Position numbers and translations under genes: made by a program
Assembly (NCBI GenBank): GCA_977020255.1
Contig: CDROCS010001029.1
Location: 1-64,000 of the forward strand
From: Obrimoposthia wandeli
Lineage: Eukaryota
Length of the DNA stretch: 64,000 nt
Direction: 5' to 3'
Shown: in pieces, positions 11,408 through 21,600 of the stretch
How positions within the stretch are numbered: the first letter of the stretch is position 1
Layout: each line of letters begins with the position of its first letter
The notes under the pieces: model-generated
Told to the model about the DNA's origin: nothing
The model's database searches: none
Seen by the model: the letters and a program-made list of their open reading frames with translations, nothing else

Positions 11408-11905
11408 ATGTTGTGCTCCGTATGCATGGAGAAGATTTGGGCGGCATCAGCATCCCCTGTCGGCTGCCGCCACAAGTTCCACGAATCCTGCCTATATACT
11501 TGGGCCCGACTTCGACCCGAAGGACATGTCAATTGCCCTTTTGCCGCACTCCCTTCGCGGAATGGACACTACATTGTCGAGGGCGCCACAAGGGCACCCA
11601 TTCGCTCACCAGCTGAATTGGTGACGAGCACTGCCAGTGCCCCGACTGTATCGCGCGCCGTCGCGATGCAAAAACTCGCCCTCCGCGAGAAATACCGGTC
11701 AACCCGTGACCCCCGCTCATGGCAGCGTGGCCGTCAAATATGGCTCAAGAATCGCGGAGTACACGGGCGGTACACGACCATTTTTCACCCGAGCCAACAC
11801 CTCACCATGCGCCAGCAGATGATACTGTACGATGGCGGCCCACCATCGTATCCAGAACTACCACTGGAGCAGGTCTTGCTGTTTTTGAGAGACCGGAACA
11901 ATTGA
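11408..11905 (+). CDS. RING-H2 protein 3 (frameshifted at the last ligand; PPxY near C-terminus)
   Basis: CSVC-x13-CRHKFHESC-x14-CPF(C): one extra T in the T-run at ~11539 restores CPFCRTPF. PPSY at 11840-11851. Confidence 0.75.
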   Translation: MLCSVCMEKIWAASASPVGCRHKFHESCLYTWARLRPEGHVNCPFAALPSRNGHYIVEGATRAPIRSPAELVTSTASAPTVSRAVAMQKLALREKYRSTRDPRSWQRGRQIWLKNRGVHGRYTTIFHPSQHLTMRQQMILYDGGPPSYPELPLEQVLLFLRDRNN

Positions 11906-12427
11906 CAAATCCCTGACAATCACCCTTGATCCTTTCCCTTGAATAATTTTTTTTGGTTGTCGTAGTAATAATGTATAAATTGAGACATGCTCCAACTTAT
12001 GCATTATAATTTCCACTAAAAACCGGGTTTTGGAAAATTTTTTTGGGCATGTTTGTTGAGGTTGAATGATTGTTTTGTAGGGATGAACCTAAAATCAACA
12101 GCCAAAGGCTTATTTAAGTAAAATCGATACGTTCCGGGGACGTAACTTTTTTGGAACCCCCGAGGTATGTTAAGGTTGAGAATTAAGAAAATTAAATATT
12201 TTAGTTGATTAAATACTAAAATAAAAAAGCCTTGAAAGCAAGGTCGAAAATCAAATTAAAATATTAAGTTGAATTTTAGAAGTAAAATTAGTGAAATATT
12301 AGGGTAAAATTAGGAGGACCACGAAGGTCGTGTATTATGCGAAAATGTATAAAAGTTAAACTAATTAACCCAAAAAGGGACAATTTCAAAAACAATTAAG
12401 AAAAATTAAGAAGAAAAACGGTTAATT

Positions 12428-12622
12428 AAAACCGTCAATCAAGAAGAAAAAAGGTAAGCACATTTCGTGCAGTAAAATCAAATTTAGTTTTTCAGCTGCC
12501 GTTGACTGACAGGAAGAAGATTCTCCAGAAATCAAACCGTCAATCAAGAAAAGGTAAGCACATTTTGTGCAGTCAAATAACTCTTAAATCTCATTTCAGC
12601 TGTCGTTGACAGACAGGAAGAA
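12428..12622 (+). repeat. Two imperfect ~90-bp direct repeats in putative U3
   Basis: AAACCGTCAATCAAGAA...GGTAAGCACATTT.GTGCAGT...TTTCAGCTG.CGTTGAC.GACAGGAAGAA at 12428-12518 and 12534-12622. Confidence 0.85.
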
Positions 12623-12625
12623 CCA

Positions 12626-12632
12626 TATATAA
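12626..12632 (+). promoter_or_regulatory. Candidate LTR TATA box
   Basis: TATATAA directly after the U3 duplication; position is plausible but unverified. Confidence 0.45.
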
Positions 12633-12727
12633 GGAGAACCCAATAGTGACAAATCACAATCACAAATACGGGATCGACTGAGAAACAACGAGGCAGGAAG
12701 AAACAATCCCCTCGTCAGACGAACCGT

Positions 12728-12982
12728 TAACTGATTTGAAGAAACGATCCTAACTGATTTGAAGAAACGATCCTAACTGATTTGAAGAAACGATCCTAAC
12801 TGATTTGAAGAAACGATCCTAACTGATTTGAAGAAACGATCCTAACTGATTTGAAGAAACGATCCTAACTGATTTGAAGAAACGATCCTAACTGATTTGA
12901 AGAAACGATCCTAACTGATTTGAAGAAACGATCCTAACTGATTTTGAAGAAACGATCCCTGACTGATTTCGAAGACGATTCC
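12728..12982. repeat. 23-bp tandem array in LTR (9 perfect plus 2 degenerate copies)
   Basis: Unit TAACTGATTTGAAGAAACGATCC read directly. Confidence 0.97.
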
Positions 12983-13067
12983 GCCAGGCTCGCAAACACC
13001 ACATACGGACCCTACACCGGACGTCCCACGAGTTGCTGTAACTGGTAAGAACACAGACTAGGTTCGT

Positions 13068-13500
13068 TCATTGCCCCTAGTAGGCAATTAGGATATATTC
13101 ATTACCCCTAGTTGGTAATTCTATATTTCCTTAATAATACACGAATTCATTGCCCCTAGCTGGTAATTAGGATCTTGTCTCTTTAGCACAATCATTGCCC
13201 CTAGTTGGTAATTAGGTTCGGACCTTTATTCATTGTCCCCAGCGACAATTAGGAAACTTACCAGACGTTTTTTCCCGTAAGATTCATTGTCCCTAGCTGA
13301 CAATTAGGTTCCTTCATTGCCCCTAGTTGGTAATTCGGATAAATATTCATTGTCCCTAGTAGACAATTCGGTAAGACTCATTGTCCACTAGCTGACAATT
13401 CGGTTCGCACATTGTCCGTAGTTGACAATTAAGAGTAAGTTTTATTGTCATCTTGACAATTAGGATAATTAGGAGATCCCTTGTCTACAGTAGACAATTT
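13068..13500 (+). repeat. Array of 12 palindromic hairpin repeats with unique spacers in LTR
   Basis: Consensus TCATTGYCCCTAGYWGRYAATTMGG; stems ATTGCC/GGCAAT, ATTACC/GGTAAT, ATTGTC/GACAAT; spacers about 5-30 nt. Confidence 0.92.
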
Positions 13501-13770
13501 GGGTCGAACACACACAGAGAGAGTAAGGAACAAAGAAATATTTGGCTAGAGATAAGAAGTAGGAGCGAAGAAAATTAAGAGAGTTGCGTTATAGATTAAC
13601 CAACCTGAGTAAGAAGACTAAACCTAAGAAACTTAATCACCTGAACGTAAAATCGATACGTGGTTCATCCCCACTTCTTGTAGAGACTCACAGAAGTCCT
13701 TTAGGAATTTTATCATACTTTTTAGAAATACGTACATAAACGTATTGTGGTGTTAGTTACGTGAATTTTG

Positions 13771-13776
13771 AATAAA
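13771..13776 (+). terminator. Candidate LTR polyadenylation signal
   Basis: AATAAA about 205 nt before the LTR end. Confidence 0.4.
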
Positions 13777-14109
13777 CAATTTCCTACATTAGAACAAGTT
13801 GTTTTTACACCCTTCAGACTAAGAGACATCAAATCAATACCTTCAGATAGTACAAGAGATTAGGCAACCATAACACTAAGTAGGCCACGACCAACTTTAA
13901 GACCTGCTTCTATTCGAACTCACGTTGGGGCCCTCCGCACACTAAGAGGATCTGTACAAGTCTCGTATAGAAACCCCAACACATGCACGAAATTTCACTC
14001 CACACACATGCACGGTTTTAAAGGACAGAGTGGGGGAAGGGGTGTGGATTAGACCGGACACATCCACCTACTGTTATCTTGAGTCTGGTTATAAGGTTTA
14101 CATCTATTT

Positions 14110-14340
14110 ACATGAACTGTTTGTATTTCTCTTTTTTTAACTAGAGATTTTACTTTTAAATTTGGTTCAATTACTTCGATAATTTCATATGGTCCTTCGT
14201 ATGGTTTATGGAACTTTTTTATTAAACCTATTTGATGTAATGGTACGTGAATTAATATTTTGTCGCATGTCTGAAATCTATGTTGTTAACCAGTTTTATC
14301 ATAATTTTCCTTCATAGATTCTTAGGAAAATTTTATATTT
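14110..14340 (-). mobile_element. Gypsy integrase C-terminal fragment
   Basis: Minus strand reads KKFHKPYEGPYEIIEVI (GPY motif). Confidence 0.6.
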
Positions 14341-14559
14341 AAATTTGCTTTATATTTTTTAAGGATAGTTATTTAAGTATTTGTTATTTTAATGTTCATT
14401 TAAATTAAACTCTAAAATTCATCTAGTATAAATAATCAGGTTAATAATATTATTTTTCCTCTTTCCTAACCACATTTTCATCATTAATTAACAATTCAAA
14501 ATATTTGGATGATGGCGAAAAAGTAAATATTAATGGAACTATGAAAAAAGAATATCAGT

Positions 14560-14700
14560 TTCAGGAAGATTGATGACGAAACAGATAGAAGACACATTGT
14601 TACGCCTAATTTCATACCAAAAATATCGAAGAAATACAATTTAACGACTGAACCAAACGAAGTATAACGTTCAGTGTAGATTTTAGAGAACTACATGCAT
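14560..14700 (+). mobile_element. Degenerate gypsy RT fragment
   Basis: KPN...SVDFREL resembles KPNGxxRFCVDFREL. Confidence 0.35.
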
Positions 14701-15558
14701 ATGTCACCAGAAGCTGTAAAACAAATATCTTTCATGGAACAGTTCGTAATTTATAAAATAAACAACATATAAGTCTTGTAAAATGAAGACAATCGAAACT
14801 ATGAAAAGTTCAAAAGAAATCTCGAATAAGAATGACAAAACGTATCTAAATTTTTGGAGTAAAATAATTAGAGATAAATTCTTTAGTGCTAATAAAACGG
14901 TTCAAGCAACAGCATTGGCCAGCAGCCAGTGCATCTCCCTGATGTCGGTCTGCCTCCCCAATGCAGCTCCTATGGACCAAGCTGAGTCTACCTCCTGTCA
15001 GTGAGCCGCCGGCTTGTTCCACAAGGAATTGCCAAACAGTTACTTGTTCCCAAAATTAATTTCTACAAGCCTAATTGTTAGTAAAGTTGTTTTTATTACA
15101 AAATTCGATTGTTACCAAAGTAAGCAATGCATTTAAAATTCAAATTATAGCTGAAACTACAATAGATTGAAAATTTGTATTTCAAAAGATATCTGTAACT
15201 TTTCATAAACATCAAAATCAACTCTAAAGTTTGACCTTATTTCGAGAGTTCATTGCATTTGTAAACATAGCTCAGATTACCGACCTTGTTTCTGAAGGTT
15301 GTGTTGGAATGACTATTATTGGTCAGGTGACAACATCACTGGGTGAGTGTTTGGGCCACCAATGGAAAATTAGCAGAGTGAATCTACATCTTGTTGACTG
15401 TTTCGGCCACATTTTGTGTGCGGTACAGCCTCAATTCTAGGTATTTTGTTAACATCTGCAATTAATCCAATTAAAGCTTAGATAAATATAATCCATTGAA
15501 ATGGAAGCGAAGATTATATTTATGAATGTTTGTGTTCGGTAAATCATTTTAGCGGATT

Positions 15559-15669
15559 ATGTTTGATTATTTGATCTGGTTCCATTTTATTGGGCTTATT
15601 ATAATTACTCAACCTCAACTGTACACACTGAATCGCGGTTGCGGCTATATTATCCCAAGACCACAAGAG
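15559..15669 (+). CDS. LMLN: LMLN exon 1 (signal peptide, pro-domain Cys)
   Basis: MFDYLIWFHFIGLIIITQPQLYTLNRGCGYIIPRPQE then GTTATT; matches paralogue exon 61059-61151. Confidence 0.8.
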
Positions 15670-18600
15670 GTTATTTATTTTTTTCTAATGTAATTTTCGA
15701 TAATGAGTCACTCATATTTTCTTTGAATTCAGGAGCTCTTTTTTATCTAAATGAAATTGTAAAACCATTACGCAAAACAATTCTTACGTGGTGGTCAATT
15801 TTTACACATACTACAAAGTAATGTAGAATAATTCTTAATCAGCTTAAATGTGCTATGGCCATAAAAAAACTCAATTATCTTTGTAAGTAAAGTATAAAAT
15901 ACAAAAGATGCATTCCATAAAAATCAAAAAAAATCAAAAGAAGAATTTTTTTTACTATTTGGCTTCGTATCCAGTTAATTTATTTTAGTCGAGTTTTGAT
16001 TGATCCAATGAGGGGTCTTAACTATATGCCCCACATTTTCGATTATATTTAGATCTGGGAAATTGGAAGCCCAACTCTGAAGCTTCGATGTAGTGTTAAG
16101 AAAATAAGGGGAACATTGCTTATATGTTTACGTGCAATAATACTTCCCAAGACATGAGCTACAAGGAGTTTACTAATCCTTTTACCAGTGTTACTTTCCG
16201 AATTTGGTTAGGATTTAAAACAACTATTTTGTGTTTCCCATTTAATCAATATGCATTTCACCTTTTACTGAAAAATGTCTATGTATGACTTACAAATGGT
16301 TTTCAGTGTTTCTGTTACATTTAATAAATATCTCATAAAGATTTGTTGTCAATTTATAAATTGATATTTATTATTTGTTAATAATAAAAATACCGATAAC
16401 AAAGATTAAACTCCGATTAAAAGTGAATATATTCTCTTTCTAAATTAAATGTCAATACAAATCGAATTATGTGAACATTTATACATTTATGTATTCAATA
16501 TAAAAGTGAAAAAAGGCAAGTTTACAAGTCATCTCAAGGAAGGATGATCCTTATTGATGATGACAGATATTTTGGCTTATCAAGATGCAATTTGGAAGAT
16601 AAAAATTATTTCTAAACTGAATGATTTCGTACAAAAAGTTTTGTTATGGATCGTTGTCAGTGCCAATGGAGACAATAAACCATTAAACCATAGATTAACT
16701 TTTAACAAAGAAATGTTCAATAGACCTTTAACTCACAACAAACATTCCAATGACGAGTTGTGTTTTCGACAAGATGAAGCTTCCTCCCATTATCGAATAT
16801 GTCACTAAAATCCTATTGTTCCACTTGTTTGAAAATATTACAGATCTACCACGATGGAGACTGATATAATATTTTTTGGAATTTTAGCACAGAATCTATG
16901 TACAAAAGGCTGGGCATCTAAAGATCAGAAGCAGTTAGATAGTCGAATCAAAGTATCTTTTATTAAAATAAGCATTGACTTGGTACAATCAACTTGTCAA
17001 TAAACCCGAAAAAACCTTCGAAAATATTACGTAAAGGGTTCTTACCATTGGCAACATTAGTTTTATATATTACACAATATAGTATTATTATTATTACTGT
17101 TTTCATTTTCACTTTCAATTTTTTATCCAGAAATTATTAGAACGTAATCACTGAGAATTAATGCAAATGGTTTTTGTAAATATTTATCCATTTTGATTAA
17201 ATTAAAACTTGCAAGTACAAAAAATCTTGTTTGCTTGGTAAAGAGACTCTGTATTTTATTGTGAAAATTGCAGCCCTCTCTAAGCTCTATATTAATCAAC
17301 ATGAGATTGTCCATTCAGATCGTCACCAGTGGTCCGATCTCAGTCGCAAGTCAGGCTAAACTGAGTCAATCCAGATCGATCACCAAAGCCAACAATTTGA
17401 GGATACTCTTCCACTTCACTGACTCGTTCAATGAAATAAACGGCTCTGAAACCCTCAAGGTATTCCATGTTGGGCTATATAACCCCGTTGGAGTTGATTC
17501 ACATATATATACATCACATATCTGCTACAGCAGTCTTGTTCAACAAATGAAACAAAGAGATGATAATAAAACCAGGTTCACCAACACAGTTAAATCTCAT
17601 TATTAAATCCAAGTAAAGCATACATTTCAAAATCAAAATTATGTTATTATAGAATGCGTTCATACACACATTTGAGGCAGGAAAAAAATTATTTTAGACT
17701 AAATGAAAATGAATAATCTGGAATAAACGATAAAATTCACCACCCGGCCACTTTAGATAGTAAAATGTCATTTTATAAATTTCTGATCATTAGGAAAGAT
17801 ACTTTTAAGGAAATTTACAAATAAAATCTTATGAAACTTTAAGCAAATTTGGACCGATAAAAAACGACACTTATTTAACGAGAATTTAACAATGACACTT
17901 GTGTGACATTGAAAACGAACTAAAATTAAAGGATAGCACTAACAATGAAGCAGCCAAATTATAAAGAACAAATGGAATAAAAATTATATGGCCTACAACT
18001 GGAATATTACAATCTAAAATCAATTTCTTAAGTGTATTTAAAGTTAAAATTATTATTATTTGCAATTAATGACCTTTACAGTCAGCACATTTATTTTGAT
18101 TATATGTACTAACAATTAACTCGCTGCACGGTTTCGCAAACAACAATGTTACTGGACTAATAATCGAAACAACTGACAATAAGTTTCTAATCAGGGTTTT
18201 ACATACAATTTGCCAACAATACTTGCAGTGACGAGAATTATAAAAAAGAAACATTTAAACCCATCACGGGCACTTAAATAGTCAATTATAAGCACATAGA
18301 GTGGAGTGCATGTTAGTTTAATCCTTTCTTTCACGCTGTGCTACATATATGGAACAATTGGAAATCGTCCAAGAATTGACATTACAATCTTAGCATTTGG
18401 GTTTTCATTTAAGAAGCTCCGCCTACCTTTCTAATGACAGACTTGTTTGCTTTCACAAATCTTTCTGTTTTTAAAATAAATGCTCAAATCAAGTTAAAAA
18501 TGTTTTCTTGACCATTTGGGGTGGTATTAAATTGTATTTTGTTGGGTAGTCAACCTTCGATGCGAGCAGACAGCAACTAAGTGATGGGGTGCAGATAGAG

Positions 18601-21600
18601 GGATTGATTTAGCTGACTAGCCAATGGAGAGTTTAGGCGCGATCAGTCTTCCAGTGTTACTGTTATCTACGTAAGCAGCTGACATAATTTGCAAATGAAA
18701 GCCTTAGGCCGGGATTGCTCCCGAGGCTCCCAGAAATATTCAAATAATACAAAAAATAATACTTTTGCTTTATATTAAAATAAGTTTGATACAAAATAAT
18801 CCCGAAGACAGCCAAATCGGATAGTCAGCTGTGGAATTTGGTTTCTAAAAGTTTACTAAAGAAACATTTCTAAAACTCAGTTATCAATTAAATAACTTGG
18901 AAAAATTGTATTCTCTTGCAAAATCCCAAATATTTATATGAGCTTCTCGAGCATGGTACTGTGAGCATGCATATACATCTTAGGAACAAAGATGATGACT
19001 AAATATTTAAATTCTCAAATTAAAGAGTGATGGAATATTTGAAATTTATGCTCCGAATTTTTACAATAATTTACCAATGGATATAAAAAACTGATGAAAA
19101 ATTCAAAACTCACTTTACTAATCAGAACATGTATGGAAGAATAATGGAACCAGGTAGCGTTTTTGAGGAATAAATCATAGCTATATTAAATATATTATCG
19201 TTATTGTTAATAACCATAATCCATTTAATTCCTCTAAAACACATTTAAACTTACCCATCTGCCTGGAATGACACTCAATGATGTCTAGTCAAATGAAACG
19301 GAAGATTCTAAAATGTTGTTATTTTATTTTAAATGTTAAATCGTTCTTAGTAATGATCGAAAGTTAGATAATCGATGGGCACAATTCCATGTAATTTTTG
19401 CGTACAATACAGTTTTCAAATTTCCTCTATCTTTTCATATATTTTCTTTCCCGATTTAGCAAGAAAAATATATGAAAATAATACAATTTTCGATACTTTT
19501 AATCAGTTTAACTATAACTTGCATTCCTTTCATAGAAAGAAGTATTCGATCCAGCCCAAAAACAGATTCAAGACGTTCTAGCTCCGCGAAATGCCCCAAC
19601 GGCTCCTATCAGGGTCGACAGGTCAGAGCCAATGACGAAATGTTGATTTTTCAGTTTTAAATATTCAGAAATATTCAGAATTAGAACTACGCATTTACGG
19701 ATTATTTTCTCAGTATTTATATATTTCAAAGAACGAATAATCTTTTCAAATGACTTTCTATTTCATAATGTTCCAAAATAATTTATTTTCATGTTACAAT
19801 TAACTAAGATATTATGTAACACTGATCGTAAAACTGCTTTTTAAATAGACTTTCAAATCTGTCTTACATTTTTCTACGTTACACGTCATCAGTACACCTC
19901 TAATTAATTTGAAGTAGTTAAAGAAAATACTACCGTAAAAGAATTATTTTTCACCTTTTAGACAAATTTTGACTAAAGAATGTCAACGGAAACTGTAAAC
20001 ACAATTTAATAGGACTGGAGTTAATAAAATTAAAAAATTAAAATCATCTTATTATGAAGAACTATTTTTCCAATTTCCAGCTTTTAATCTCAAAATAAAC
20101 AACTAAAGCTATTATTCTAAATAAAGACATCATATGCAAGATTTTAAATTCCAAAATCAATACAAACAACGGATAACTTCACTTCAAAAATGATTTATTC
20201 AGTCGATTTGGAGATAAATTCTATACTAAACATGATTGTCTTGTTCTAATGATCTTACTATAAGGACAATCAAATGAAAGAATTTCCATGAGCATAAGAT
20301 TGCACTGTCATTTGACCATTGATAAAAAGATTATATATACTGTGTAAAATTATAATCCGATTTCTTAGCTGACGTTTCTTTGTTAGATTATCGAAAAAAT
20401 AACTTTCAATTAATTTATCGAAATTTTTGAAAGAAAATAAATTAATTCTAAGTTCTATGCAGCTTATCGAAAATTTCATTCCACTGAAACTCTACTTAAG
20501 ATCAATAATGATATAGTGAGTAGTGTTATAAATCTAAAATGTCTATTATTTGTATACTGTTAAATTTAACTTCAGTTTTTGATACAGTAAATCATGATGT
20601 TTGACTCGATGAATTGAAATCGATAAATATGTGTGAGTTCTCTAAAAACAGTTTAAAAGTTATTTAGAGAATAGCAAACAAGTAGTGATGGTAGAAAACA
20701 TCTTTTCAAAAGAAGTCACTCTAAATTGTGGAATTTTGCAAGGTTCAGTACTTGAAACAATTTTATTTTATATTCATATAACTGGAAAAGAGAATATATT
20801 AAATAAACATAGAAATAAATTCCTTGTGAAGATGGATGATTTTCAAATTTACACGAACGTCGATGATGAAGGAAATATTTAAATATTTGCTAAAACCAAA
20901 ATTTTAAATGAATTATATAGAAACGAGAGAGAGAGATGTCTGCTGAGAGTGGCAGAAATCGACAGTGGTAGTCGGTCAGTGTTGCTGACTGGAGAAGTGG
21001 TAGGAGAGATTCCACTAGGGAGAGGAGAACTGCAGATCTGGCAATTCCTGGCTCTGTACACATACACAGATGTGCAGCCGGGAATTGTCAATGTCACCCA
21101 AGGCGATCCTCGGGACAGTCCGGTCTGGACTCGTCTGCGCGGATTTTTTTACAAAATCATTCTCAACATTTAAAAAATTGCCTATTGAAGTCAGTGAACT
21201 TCTGGAGACGGAAGAACAACTCGCAGAAAGTCTTGGGTTGAAATACAGTGAAGAAGAGACTGATGTACCTGATGTTGAAGAATCAGAGGGAGCAAACAAT
21301 ACTGTTATGTTAGACCAAATTTGCAAAATTGTTGTTTTCGCTAATTTGGTCTAACATATATATATATATAATAGATTGAAAATATTGGTTGTGCTAAATT
21401 TAACAATGCCAGATCAAATTAACAATTTTTTAAAAATGTGAAAAAGTGTAAATAAAAATAACTCTGAAAATCTTGAGTAATTGTCTAAAGAAATTCTAAT
21501 AACGTTGACGTACGATTATCTGCAATTCAAGTTTAGATCTCATAAAATAAAACTGTGTTTTTCGTCCTACAGTGTGTTATTCAAGAGTATTAATATAGTT

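Larger units (their letters stand above)
1..13981 (+). mobile_element. Large Ty3/gypsy LTR retrotransposon with accessory genes (5' part outside window)
   Basis: PR-RT-RH-INT order with recognisable motifs (YIDD 2833-2844, TDHKPL, GPY), followed by accessory ORFs and a TGTT...AACA LTR that is homologous to two TSD-flanked solo LTRs in the window. Confidence 0.95.
12168..13981 (+). repeat. 3' LTR (1814 bp)
   Basis: TGTT...CCCCAACA termini; both ends align with the two TSD-defined solo LTRs (CCTTGAAAGCAAGG, GGACCACGAAGGTC, CTCACGTTGGGGCCC). Confidence 0.92.

Noticed and set aside
12131-12161. H-type pseudoknot GTTCC/GGAAC plus GGGG/CCCC before the LTR
   Set aside because: Loop geometry (zero-length L1 and L3) is implausible.
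13068-13500. True CRISPR array
   Set aside because: Eukaryotic LTR context, no cas genes, spacers short and irregular (5-30 nt), repeats variable.
13660-13674. tRNA gene or T-arm in the LTR
   Set aside because: Only a 4-bp hairpin with a TTC loop; no cloverleaf.
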